NCBI GenBank assembly: GCA_027622665.1
Contig: JAQBYT010000002.1
Span: 160,001-224,000 of the forward strand
DNA length: 64,000 bases
DNA from: Verrucomicrobiota bacterium
GTDB lineage: Bacteria; Verrucomicrobiota; Verrucomicrobiia; Opitutales; Seribacteraceae
Reading direction: 5' to 3'
Shown: piece after piece, positions 31,819-41,179 of the stretch
Numbering within the stretch: the stretch's first letter is position 1
Layout: every line of letters begins with the position of its first letter
The notes under the pieces: model-generated
Told to the model about the DNA's origin: nothing
Database searches by the model: none
The model's input: the letters and a program-made list of their open reading frames with translations, nothing else
Translations under genes and position numbers: made by a program

Positions 31819-33276
31819 ATGGAAATCACTTTATTATTCCTAGCTGTTCTCTTGCCCCTGTCCGGAACGATCGGAGCAGCTCCTGCTCTTCCCGATCAAG
31901 CCCCGTCCGATCCCGCGGAGGAAGCGGCTCGCTTCGCTTCCGTTACAGGGCAAGTCGACTTGGGTGGCGTTGTCTTCGGATATCTCAGCGTGGACGGCGA
32001 CCTCACCGCCATCGGCGAATACGTCAACTCCTTCCTGGATGAAATGAGAAAAGTCCAGCCGGACGTCCCCCCTGTAAACGTTCCCGCCTTGCTTAAGGTT
32101 ACGGGACTGGACGCCATTTCGGCCTTGGGTTTCAGTTCGGTTGCAACCGGCGACGGGTTCCGCAACAAGACTTACGTTCATACCCCCAAAGGTCGCAGAG
32201 GCCTGCTCCGTATTATGGGTGGCGATTCGAAACCGTTCGAAGTAGTCAAATTGGCGCCCGCCGGCTCCGATCTTGTGATCGAACAGGATATCAACCTGAA
32301 GACTCTTTACGAATCGGTACTGGAAGTAGCCGGCATCGCGATGGGAGAACAGGGCAAGGCAATGGTGCAAATGCAGGTCAAGCAATCCTTGCCTCCTCCT
32401 TTCACTTTTACCGCGGAGAAAGTCTTGGCTGATCTCGATACTCAAGTTACCGTCGTCATCGACGCCGACCCTGCCAAGATGGTCAACGTTCCTAATTTTA
32501 AAGGAATGAAAATTCCTCAGCTGAGCGGGGCGGTCCTTGTCGATGGTCTAGGATGGATTGCCGACGAGTTGGCCAAAGTTTTCGAACCAATGTTAGCCCA
32601 AGGTGGAAACAGAGCCCCGCCATTCAAAATCGTACGCAACGCCAATTGGGTCGGCATACAGTTTGCAATCGAATCCGAAAACTTGGCAGAAAGTGACAGG
32701 AAGGCGTTCAGCGATCTCGGTTGGGAGAGCGCCATGGTCGCCCACCATCGTCCGAGCGGAAAACTCGTCTTAGCTTCGGGTATGGAATTTGCCGACAAGC
32801 TCTTCTCGCCCAAGTCCGGCCTTGATCAAGACCCCCAGTTCCAAAAGATCATGAAGGATTTGCCCATGGAAGGCACGGCCCTTTCCTATGCTTCTCCCGT
32901 GTTCTTCTCGAGCCTGCGGAATTTTTTCGAGAAGGTAAACGAGCTGGAGAACGACAAGGAACATGAACAGGACGATCGTCTCATGACTACCAGCCTCCTT
33001 AACCTTCTCCTTCCCAAGAACGCTCGGGGCGCAGGACGAGTGACCACGAACACCAAGGACGGCATGCTCACTGTTTCCAACTCCGCGCATTCTCACAAGA
33101 GCAGTTTGGCTACCGGGCTTGCCAGTCCTGTCGTCATGATGTTCGGAGCATGGTCCTATCAAACCAATATGGTCATGGAGGCAATGGACTTTCCCAAGGC
33201 AGAACAAATCATCGAGGAAGTCGAGCATGAGCACCGTCTTCGCCCGAACCAAGACTTCGAAAAGATTGGGGACTGA
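31819..33276 (+). CDS. Secreted/membrane hypothetical protein, tandem paralog 2
   Basis: Signal peptide; collinear similarity to the upstream gene. Confidence 0.8.
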   Translation: MEITLLFLAVLLPLSGTIGAAPALPDQAPSDPAEEAARFASVTGQVDLGGVVFGYLSVDGDLTAIGEYVNSFLDEMRKVQPDVPPVNVPALLKVTGLDAISALGFSSVATGDGFRNKTYVHTPKGRRGLLRIMGGDSKPFEVVKLAPAGSDLVIEQDINLKTLYESVLEVAGIAMGEQGKAMVQMQVKQSLPPPFTFTAEKVLADLDTQVTVVIDADPAKMVNVPNFKGMKIPQLSGAVLVDGLGWIADELAKVFEPMLAQGGNRAPPFKIVRNANWVGIQFAIESENLAESDRKAFSDLGWESAMVAHHRPSGKLVLASGMEFADKLFSPKSGLDQDPQFQKIMKDLPMEGTALSYASPVFFSSLRNFFEKVNELENDKEHEQDDRLMTTSLLNLLLPKNARGAGRVTTNTKDGMLTVSNSAHSHKSSLATGLASPVVMMFGAWSYQTNMVMEAMDFPKAEQIIEEVEHEHRLRPNQDFEKIGD

Positions 33277-33339
33277 GTTCAATTCCTCGTGCTAGGACCA
33301 TCGAAAACAATTTCAAATCAACCTAGGAAACAAAAAATT

Positions 33340-34377
33340 ATGAAACTCCATAGCGCAATCACACGCACTTTCACGCTCGGCCTGATGATGGCCCTCGCCC
33401 TGCCTCTCGCAGCCAAACCGGGCAAGGTCAAGGTCTTCATCATCATGGGCCAGTCAAACACGCTCGAGATGGGCCGGGTCAAGGGGGATAAGGAGGGAAC
33501 CCTTGAGCATGCGGTCAAGACTGAGAAGCTCTACTCCTTCATGGTCGATGACGCAGGAAACTGGACGACCCGCAAGGACGTCCGCAACGTGCACGTCATG
33601 GGTAGCGGAGGTCCCGGTAAAACCCGCGAGATGCGCAACGACTGGCTAACCGTTTCCGGAGGAAAGATCGGCATTGAGACCGGAATCGGACACCAGCTCG
33701 GCGATGCCTTGGATGCGCCCGTGCTTATCCTCAAGAGCTCGATCGGCAACCGTAGCCTCGGTTGGGACCTTCTTCCTCCCGGTAGTCCCCGCCACGAAGT
33801 CGAGACGACCGACAAGAAGACCGGGGAGAAGATCACTTTGGTTACACCCGCCCACAACGACGAAGTCCGTCACGCAAGTTGGACCAAGGGCGAAGTACCC
33901 GCTCCGCCCAAACATACTTGGCATGCAGGACTTCAATACCTGGGCGACGTGGCCCGGGCCCAGGACGTGCTGAAGAACCTGAGCAAGTATTACCCGGACG
34001 CATCCGAGTACGAAGTTGCCGGCTTTCTTTGGTGGCAAGGAGACAAAGACCGTTACAACGCCGCTCATTCCGCCGTGTACGAAAAGAACCTCCACCAACT
34101 ATTCAAGGCTCTCCGCAAGGAATTCAATGCACCCAAGGCCAAGATGGTCGTCGCCACCCTCGGTCAGACCAACAAGGACTCGGCTACCGGCAACGAGAAG
34201 CTCATCATCGACGGCATGTTTGCCTTTGGCGAGGCTCACAAGGGGGAAGCCGCCACCGTTTACACCCACCCGATCAGCATGGGCTCCTCTTCCAACGCTC
34301 ACTATGGTGGAAATGCCAAGACCTACATGAACGTCGGGTTGGCCATGGGCAAGGCCATGGTTAAGCTTCTGAAGTGA
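33340..34377 (+). CDS. SASA-family (CE6-like) acetylesterase
   Basis: KVFIIMGQSN, IGIETG, GNRSLGWD, WWQGDKD, NAHY. Confidence 0.85.
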   Translation: MKLHSAITRTFTLGLMMALALPLAAKPGKVKVFIIMGQSNTLEMGRVKGDKEGTLEHAVKTEKLYSFMVDDAGNWTTRKDVRNVHVMGSGGPGKTREMRNDWLTVSGGKIGIETGIGHQLGDALDAPVLILKSSIGNRSLGWDLLPPGSPRHEVETTDKKTGEKITLVTPAHNDEVRHASWTKGEVPAPPKHTWHAGLQYLGDVARAQDVLKNLSKYYPDASEYEVAGFLWWQGDKDRYNAAHSAVYEKNLHQLFKALRKEFNAPKAKMVVATLGQTNKDSATGNEKLIIDGMFAFGEAHKGEAATVYTHPISMGSSSNAHYGGNAKTYMNVGLAMGKAMVKLLK

Positions 34378-34411
34378 TGACAATGGCCCTAGCTTAGATT
34401 TTTCACGCGGC

Positions 34412-35092
34412 ATGATGAAAGAATTCAAATCGGCAAAAGTCGAAACCCTGATTGCTTGCATCCTGGGGTTAGCCATGGTTATCGGGACGGCCTGTACGCG
34501 TGATCCCAATCCCGTGGATGGAATCATCGAGATGGAGGCGGCGACGGGTGTTGTCGCCGTTTCTCCCGGTGACATGGAAAAAATCAAGGAGAAGATACCA
34601 GCCGGAAACAGTGGAGTGAGCAGGAGCTACTTGAAGGCCAATGGCAAAGAAACGGTCAGGGTATCCGGCTCGGGAAGCAATACGGCGGTCTTTCTTTCCG
34701 GAGCGACTCCGGAAACTGCCGACTACCGCATCAAGGGAACAAAGGGTTTTGTCGAGAAGGCTATCGCAAAAGTGCATGAAATTACCGGCGTCAGCCTGTC
34801 TTTGAACCGCCTTGAGCTGATCGCCGAAACGAAAACTTACTCCGCCTTCCGAGAAACCGAGTTTTCCCTTCTTGAGGAAGAACTAGGCAAGACCATGACC
34901 TCCTTGAGTCGATCCAGTTCCTCGTTCAATGAGTTGAAAACCATCAAGTCCGCCTTTGAAAACGGGATTCAAGAAGTACGGTTAAAGTTCTCCGAGGAAT
35001 TCTCTTCTCTAAAGATCACGATCGAGGGGGACCGGCAGTTCGTAGATCGAATCAAGGAGCTCATTGGGAAATCAAAGGTTTCGGGAGCTTAG
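34412..35092 (+). CDS. Hypothetical lipoprotein
   Basis: Hydrophobic leader ending GTAC. Confidence 0.65.
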   Translation: MMKEFKSAKVETLIACILGLAMVIGTACTRDPNPVDGIIEMEAATGVVAVSPGDMEKIKEKIPAGNSGVSRSYLKANGKETVRVSGSGSNTAVFLSGATPETADYRIKGTKGFVEKAIAKVHEITGVSLSLNRLELIAETKTYSAFRETEFSLLEEELGKTMTSLSRSSSSFNELKTIKSAFENGIQEVRLKFSEEFSSLKITIEGDRQFVDRIKELIGKSKVSGA

Positions 35093-35117
35093 ATATAATC
35101 GACGAAGGACTTACTTC

Positions 35118-36512
35118 ATGGCGATTCCTCTCTCCTACCGCTTCACAACTTGGATAACCCTGCTGGGGTTCTTCCTTGGTTTCGAATCGGTCGCCTCCGG
35201 CAAGCCCGTTAAGGTCTTCATTCTTTCCGGCCAGTCCAATATGGTTGGAGCCGGCAAGGTGGACGGTGGCAGCAGTCGCTGGGGAAACCAGTTCATCGAC
35301 CCGGTGCTATCGGTCTACAAAGGGGACTATGATCCTGAAGCAGACTACGACTCCATGGAACCGACCAAGTCCTTGAAGCTTGAGGCATTCGGCGGCGTGC
35401 GGCCCACGCCCTATCCGGGCGGTGGCGCGCAAATCACCCGTGGATTTGTCCAGGTCAAGGAGACGGGTATCTACGAGTTCCGTCCCGGTTACGGGGGATC
35501 GACCTACAATGTCATGGAAGTCGACGGGAAGGAAGTTCACCGACAGGAAGCCGGACAGGATTCCCTCCGCACGGAAATCAAACTGGAAGGTGGCAAGAAG
35601 GTTCCTTTTAAGGTCACTTACTTCAATAGGCAGGCCAATGGTCTGGGCTGGATCGTTCGCCTGGATGTGTCGGGCGCCCTCTCGACTATGGTAAAATTCA
35701 AAGGCATGTACCCCTACCTGATTGATGAGAACAGGCAATGGAAGGCCCGCGACGACGTCTGGTACCGCGGCGTGGTGACGGCGACGGGCAACCGACCTCT
35801 CGGAGTCGCCGGAGGAAGGATCGGTCCGGAACTTGGTTTCGGGCATGCCGTCGGCAACCACATTGAGGAACCGGTTCTCATCCTCAAGACATCGCAGGGC
35901 AACCGCTCGCTCTCTTGGGACTTTCTTACCCCCGGAAGCAAGCGCTTCGAATACGGCGGAAAGATCTACGCGGGATACAAGGAGTCTCCCCTCTCCTGGG
36001 ACAAAGATACCAAACCCGATCCCATCAACTGGTATGCCGGCAAGCAGTACGATGATTGCTTCGGGGCCGCGCATGAGGTACTCAACAATTTCGACAAGGA
36101 GTTTCCGCATTGGAAGGGACAAGGCTACAAGATCGAGGGCTTTGCCTGGTGGCAGGGCGACAAGGACCGCTACAACGATGGCCACGCTTTTCAGTACGAG
36201 AAAAACCTCGTTCGTTTGATCAAGACTTTACGCCAGGAATTCAAGGCTCCGAAAGCCAAGTTCGTTGTGGCTACCCTTGGGCAAACCGCGAAGGACGCCC
36301 CGACCAGTAATGACAAATTAATCTTGGATGCTCAGCTTGCAGTCGACGGAACGACTGGAAAGTACCCCGAGTTCAAGGGTAACGTGTCCACCGTTTACAC
36401 CCACCCGCTCAGCCAGGGCGGAGCCTCCAACAGTCACTATAACGGGAACGCCCAGACCTACATGGACGTCGGTCTCGGCATGGGTGAAGCCATGGTTGAA
36501 CTGCTCAAATAG
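35118..36512 (+). CDS. SASA-family acetylesterase with inserted PA14-like beta domain
   Basis: KVFILSGQSNM, IGPELGFG, GNRSLSWD, WWQGDKD, NSHY. ~130-aa insert (RGFVQVKETGIYEF..MEVDGKEV..KVTYF) absent from the paralog at 33340. Confidence 0.85.
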   Translation: MAIPLSYRFTTWITLLGFFLGFESVASGKPVKVFILSGQSNMVGAGKVDGGSSRWGNQFIDPVLSVYKGDYDPEADYDSMEPTKSLKLEAFGGVRPTPYPGGGAQITRGFVQVKETGIYEFRPGYGGSTYNVMEVDGKEVHRQEAGQDSLRTEIKLEGGKKVPFKVTYFNRQANGLGWIVRLDVSGALSTMVKFKGMYPYLIDENRQWKARDDVWYRGVVTATGNRPLGVAGGRIGPELGFGHAVGNHIEEPVLILKTSQGNRSLSWDFLTPGSKRFEYGGKIYAGYKESPLSWDKDTKPDPINWYAGKQYDDCFGAAHEVLNNFDKEFPHWKGQGYKIEGFAWWQGDKDRYNDGHAFQYEKNLVRLIKTLRQEFKAPKAKFVVATLGQTAKDAPTSNDKLILDAQLAVDGTTGKYPEFKGNVSTVYTHPLSQGGASNSHYNGNAQTYMDVGLGMGEAMVELLK

Positions 36513-36517
36513 ATTAG

Positions 36518-36727
36518 ATGAAAAATACGAATCACGGAATGGTTCTACTAGCCTGTTCAGTGGTGATTTTCTCCGGAGCCCTTTGCTTGGGTATGGGAGG
36601 CTTGATCGAAGCCATTTCTCCGCATCGTGGGCTAGGTTATGAGGATGCGGTCGTAACTGCTGGATATGCCTTGCTCGCCATGGGCGGAATTTCTTTTTTG
36701 AAAACCTACTTTAGAAAAAAGGAATGA
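36518..36727 (+). CDS. Small two-helix membrane protein
   Basis: Two hydrophobic segments; fills the gap between co-oriented genes. Confidence 0.6.
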   Translation: MKNTNHGMVLLACSVVIFSGALCLGMGGLIEAISPHRGLGYEDAVVTAGYALLAMGGISFLKTYFRKKE

Positions 36728-36743
36728 ATTCGTCCTCAACCTT

Positions 36744-37385
36744 ATGAAAGCCATGAAAAATATTTTCACGATCTTAGCCTTTGCTTCGTTCAGCTTAGCA
36801 AGCAATTTGGCTCACGCCCAGGAATCGACCGTTTCCGTTCAACTGACGGTTCCCGACGGCGGATGGAAAATCCGCATCGACCAGGTTTACCAAACCCCAA
36901 CTCATCTGTTGGCTGTTTCGAAACTCGAGCGAAGCCCGGGTCTGGCCATCCAGGTCATCAGTCAAGCCAAGGCCTCGGTAAAGATTAAGGCCCCGAAACT
37001 GCCAGTTCGGCATTACGTTTTGGGCAAAACATGGAATTGGCCCAATAAGGAGCCCTATTCTTTTCTTTCCGATCCGAAGGAACTATCCAAGCCCATAGCC
37101 GGGACAAAACTTATTTTTCAAGCCAAAGCCAAGCCTGCGCCAAAAGTCGCGGCCATGGTCAGTTACATCGTGGTCTATAAGAAAGAGATATTTACAGACG
37201 GCAAAACCAAGCGGGGAGAGACCCTTCAACAACTCGCCGAGCGCCATTGTAAAGAATTGGGAGCTTCTCCCCCAAGCGTGCTTCGAATCATCAATGGCTT
37301 TGCCGCCAAATTCCCTTCGCGGAACGTTCCGAACCTCAAGGCGCTCCCGGAAGTAAAATACATAGAGATGGACCAAGGCTTCTAG
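36744..37385 (+). CDS. Secreted protein: PrcB-C-like domain + peptidase inhibitor I9-like domain
   Basis: VPDGGWKIRIDQV..PGLAIQVIS; C-terminal YIVVYK..INGFAAKF..LKALPEVKYIEMDQ. Confidence 0.7.
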   Translation: MKAMKNIFTILAFASFSLASNLAHAQESTVSVQLTVPDGGWKIRIDQVYQTPTHLLAVSKLERSPGLAIQVISQAKASVKIKAPKLPVRHYVLGKTWNWPNKEPYSFLSDPKELSKPIAGTKLIFQAKAKPAPKVAAMVSYIVVYKKEIFTDGKTKRGETLQQLAERHCKELGASPPSVLRIINGFAAKFPSRNVPNLKALPEVKYIEMDQGF

Positions 37386-37390
37386 ATCGA

Positions 37391-38119
37391 ATGAAAAACA
37401 AAATCTACCGTACTCTTCTCGTTTTCCTTGTTTTCACCTTGGGTGAGTCAATTTTCGCCGAGGCGAAACCTCTACCGGATTTCAATGTGGAAAAGGTCAA
37501 CTGGGGAACCCAAAGATATAAGTTTACTCTGATCAAAAAGGAGGAAAAGATAGAAATGGGATCTGTCACCTTGAGCAATAAGCTCACTGGGGACCGAGTC
37601 ATCTTGACGGATGAGTTTCTTCTTCGCATCGAAGGCAAGCCGATTAGTTTGAACATGATGCAAGTCTGCCTGAAAGATCAGTATCTTTCACCCGTAAAAA
37701 TCGAGTGTAAAGGCAAAGGGGACGAAGAGTTTCCAACCTTCAAGGCCACCATCAAAGACGGGCAGGCGAAAATTGAAGGACCACGAGATGGAATGATGGA
37801 AATCCCCAAGGGAACCGTCACCTCGGCGGCATTCATGCGTATCGTCACTCAACTCCCACGCGTACAAGGAGCGACCTACCGATATGATTTCGCATTGGAG
37901 GCAAGCGAAATGAACCTCAAGAAAGAGTATCTCGTCAAGGTGATCGGCAAGGAAACCATCATCTGCGATGGCGAGCCTGTAAAATGTTGGAAAATCTCCC
38001 AGAACGGAGGCGGAATAAGAGAACAATTGTTTTGGGTGACCGAAAATGGTATCTTGCAACGTATATTGATGGACGGAAGCAAACAGATCGATCTGCAAAC
38101 GGGTGAACCGGGCGATTGA
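37391..38119 (+). CDS. Secreted hypothetical beta-rich protein (DUF3108-like)
   Basis: Signal peptide; KVIGKETI..VKCWKI..FWV..G.L pattern. Confidence 0.65.
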   Translation: MKNKIYRTLLVFLVFTLGESIFAEAKPLPDFNVEKVNWGTQRYKFTLIKKEEKIEMGSVTLSNKLTGDRVILTDEFLLRIEGKPISLNMMQVCLKDQYLSPVKIECKGKGDEEFPTFKATIKDGQAKIEGPRDGMMEIPKGTVTSAAFMRIVTQLPRVQGATYRYDFALEASEMNLKKEYLVKVIGKETIICDGEPVKCWKISQNGGGIREQLFWVTENGILQRILMDGSKQIDLQTGEPGD

Positions 38120-38203
38120 ACTGCTTGCTCTCGGATTTTAAAGTATGAAAAGTAGACTGTGTCAGACCAAAGCTCTCAAAGCCTCGCAAACAAATTTATA
38201 GAC

Positions 38204-40861
38204 ATGAAATTGAAAAACGCATTCAACGGCGGGTTGATTATCCTTTCCCTCGGGATGGCAAGTCTTGGGACGGCCAAGGAGGAGGAACTTGTCCCTCTCA
38301 CGAAAGCTGGGAAGAAAATCGAAGCCCATTACGCCAAGCAATTGGACGACCTGCGAGCTCGTTTGACCAAGGAGATTCCCTTCGATCCCGCCCCCACCAC
38401 CGAGGAGGCCCGGGAGAAGAAATTCGATTTTCCCGCGGTTGAAATCGGCAAGGACAAGAAGGGCGACGACCATTCCCTCGAGGAATTGTTAACTGAGGAG
38501 GAAGAGCCTGGGAAAACGCCTCCCACTCAGGAAGAGAAAATGTCATCCTTCATGTCCAGCGAGAAGTTGGACGAGCTTCTCGTCAAGTTCGTCATCCTGC
38601 TCGACGCCACTCCTCGGGGTCTGGCGGAATTCGGTCAGAAAAGCAAAGAGCATTTTGCGCTTACCGAACGGATGCTGGCGGATTCCGATTTGTTGAAACG
38701 GATGTTGATCGCGGACGGAGCCCAAGCCAAGCGGATCCGTAACGGTTACGGACCGGCCCGCTACGGAGAGGCAATGGAGATTTACACGCAGATCGGAAAG
38801 GCCAGCAAGAAATCGGCAAGCGGCGTTCTCAACCGCTTGGCCCTTGCCCTTGCCCTCGAACATGCCATCCCGGTTAAGTGCTCGAACCCCGAAGCCCTTG
38901 AGAACGCGCCTGTAACAATCGATCCGGTCAAGCGCTACCTTCACTATGAAAAGGCCTTTGTTGACGGCGAACTGGATCCGACCTTCAAGAATTTGAACAT
39001 TTGGAATCTCCGCATGGTCGTGAACGGAGACGAACCCGACGAGACCTTGGCTTGGGGACGCCGGATGCTCCGTAACTTCCGACCGGATCACATATACAGC
39101 TCGAATTTCGGCTGGCGGTACGTCGGCGTCGTGGGTTCGGACGTCAAGTACGGATCGGGTGACAAAAAATACGACAGGCCCGAATTGCAAAAGTACCAGA
39201 ACATTCTCATGAACGGTGGAATTTGCGGACGCCGGGCATTCTTCGGACGCTTCATCCTGCGCTCATTTGGAGTTCCGACCACCGCCCGACCAAGCCGAGG
39301 TCATGGCGCTTTGGCCCGCTGGACACCCGAGGGATGGTGCGTAAACCTGGGGCCTGGTTGGGGTTCGGGTTGGACCTCCACGCGCTACCAAAAGGATCTC
39401 GACTTTCTCGCAAGCTCCAAGGCCCGCAAAGACAAGAAGGGTTTCCTCGAAGTCAAGAGAGCCCAATGGATCGGCGACGTTTTCGGTGAAAAGAGAATTT
39501 ACGGGGAGAACGACCAGAGCCTTACGTTCAATAGTCTCGTGGAACTGAAACCCCCATTTTGGAATGGCTTGGCCCTAACTGCCCAACGAAAGATCATCAA
39601 CGATTTGAAGGAAGTCACCCTGGGAGCATTGGGAGAAGAGCTAGGAGAGTCCGACAAGCCCACCATTGCTCAACAAGTAATCGCATCCCCGGTCGATCCG
39701 CAGGAGCAAAAAATTGCCTACGCTGAAAACGGTGCGATCTCGATCCCTTCGGTCGCCTTCGGCAAAACTTCGGAAAACGCGCGCGAGGTCCTTTCAATGA
39801 AGAGCTTTGGCGGTGGCATGCAAATCTTCCTTCCCCGCTTCTCCCCGCAAGGTCTAACTGTTATGCGCGGAGGCACTTGGAAGGAAGGTGCCAGTGCGTG
39901 CGCCTCGGGCAGTCGCATTCTCAGCGGAGGCTACGGCAGGTATGAGAACTGGGGACTACGGGCCGCCCTTACGCCGAGCGGCGCCAATCCTCCGAAGGAA
40001 TTGACACTCGATTTGGGAGACGGCGTGACCATGGAATTTATATACGTAAAGCCGGGAACCTTCGTCATGGGTGGAGAGAACGAGAAAGAGGGCCGCTTCG
40101 AATGCGTGGAAGTACCGAGGCACGTAGTGGGTCTGACCAAGGGCTTCTACCTAGGCAAGTACGAGGTGACCCAAGCCCAGTACCAAGTTGCCATGGGATC
40201 GAACCCGAGCCGATCCACCAAGAATCCGGACTGTCCGGTCGACAACGTATCCGAACCTGACGCCCTGCAATTTTGCATTAGAATAAGCGAGATCACGGGA
40301 GCCGATGGGAGGCTTCCCACTGAAGCCGAGTGGGAATATGCCAGCCGGGCGGGACGGGGCACCAAATGGTTCTTCGGCGAGGATCCTTCCGGAATCGGAG
40401 ACTATGCCTGGTTCAAGGACAACGCCGGGGCCAAGTCTCATCCCGTGGGGCAGAAAAAACCAAATCCCTGGGGGTTTTACGATATCTACGGAAACGTTTG
40501 CGAACGCATATCAGACAAGTATGCCAAAAACTATTATTCGGTCAGCCCCAAGACTGACCCGACCGGACCCAAGCAAGCAACGAAGTCCCGGTTCGGATAC
40601 CAGGTATCGGCTTCAAGAGCGGGCAAGTATTCCTTGGAAGCCAAGGTGGTCACGGCAAACTATGATCAGCGGATCAAGGTCTCGGCCAACGAGGGGACCG
40701 GGGTAGCCATGAAGATGCCCTTCACCGAAGGAGTCTGGCAAATCTCGGAACCCGTTGAGGTCACTCTCGTCAAAGGTGAAAACCTCCTGAATTTCTGGCG
40801 CGACGAACCACCGCAAAAAGGCGTGGCGATCAAGGAATTCGTCCTCACTCCAATAAAGTAA
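38204..40861 (+). CDS. Secreted multidomain protein: Cys/His transglutaminase-like core, CBM-like domain and permuted FGE-sulfatase (SUMF1) domain
   Basis: GGICGRRA..GHGA, MEFIYVKPGTFVMG, YEVTQAQY, RLPTEAEWEYA, PNPWGFYDIYGNV.E. C-terminal AGKYSL..W..VTLVKGENLL. Confidence 0.82.
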   Translation: MKLKNAFNGGLIILSLGMASLGTAKEEELVPLTKAGKKIEAHYAKQLDDLRARLTKEIPFDPAPTTEEAREKKFDFPAVEIGKDKKGDDHSLEELLTEEEEPGKTPPTQEEKMSSFMSSEKLDELLVKFVILLDATPRGLAEFGQKSKEHFALTERMLADSDLLKRMLIADGAQAKRIRNGYGPARYGEAMEIYTQIGKASKKSASGVLNRLALALALEHAIPVKCSNPEALENAPVTIDPVKRYLHYEKAFVDGELDPTFKNLNIWNLRMVVNGDEPDETLAWGRRMLRNFRPDHIYSSNFGWRYVGVVGSDVKYGSGDKKYDRPELQKYQNILMNGGICGRRAFFGRFILRSFGVPTTARPSRGHGALARWTPEGWCVNLGPGWGSGWTSTRYQKDLDFLASSKARKDKKGFLEVKRAQWIGDVFGEKRIYGENDQSLTFNSLVELKPPFWNGLALTAQRKIINDLKEVTLGALGEELGESDKPTIAQQVIASPVDPQEQKIAYAENGAISIPSVAFGKTSENAREVLSMKSFGGGMQIFLPRFSPQGLTVMRGGTWKEGASACASGSRILSGGYGRYENWGLRAALTPSGANPPKELTLDLGDGVTMEFIYVKPGTFVMGGENEKEGRFECVEVPRHVVGLTKGFYLGKYEVTQAQYQVAMGSNPSRSTKNPDCPVDNVSEPDALQFCIRISEITGADGRLPTEAEWEYASRAGRGTKWFFGEDPSGIGDYAWFKDNAGAKSHPVGQKKPNPWGFYDIYGNVCERISDKYAKNYYSVSPKTDPTGPKQATKSRFGYQVSASRAGKYSLEAKVVTANYDQRIKVSANEGTGVAMKMPFTEGVWQISEPVEVTLVKGENLLNFWRDEPPQKGVAIKEFVLTPIK

Positions 40862-40912
40862 AACGATCATTCGGAAAATTCAGAATAACTGGATTGCGGG
40901 AGAAAATGCGAT

Positions 40913-41179
40913 TTGGACCTTATCGTTTCAATATTCTCGTGGGGAATTTGCCTCATCATCGGCGTCCCCCTGGCACTGCTCGGCTTCTTCCATCTATTCC
41001 TGCCCAAAACAGCATGGTCGGTTTATCGCGGTTGGGGCAGGCTTTGGGGTTCCGACCCCGAGAAGATCAACCCAAACTACAACTCGGGAAGCGCCATGCG
41101 CGTGGTAGGTCTGGCGATGGGGATATGCGGGGTCGTTATCTGCTTCATTCCTAAAGTCATGGCGTATGCCCCAAGCTAA
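40913..41179 (+). CDS. Small membrane protein
   Basis: Two hydrophobic helices flanking PKTAW..W..P..MRVVG. TTG start. Confidence 0.6.
   Translation: MDLIVSIFSWGICLIIGVPLALLGFFHLFLPKTAWSVYRGWGRLWGSDPEKINPNYNSGSAMRVVGLAMGICGVVICFIPKVMAYAPS

Noticed and set aside
38204..40861. Sulfatase-maturing FGE enzyme or DGR target
   Set aside because: It lacks the catalytic Cys pair, and no reverse transcriptase or template repeat is present in the window.
20396..41179. Integron cassette array
   Set aside because: No RYYYAAC...GTTRRRY attC structures or repeated spacers seen, several genes overlap directly, and there is no integrase.
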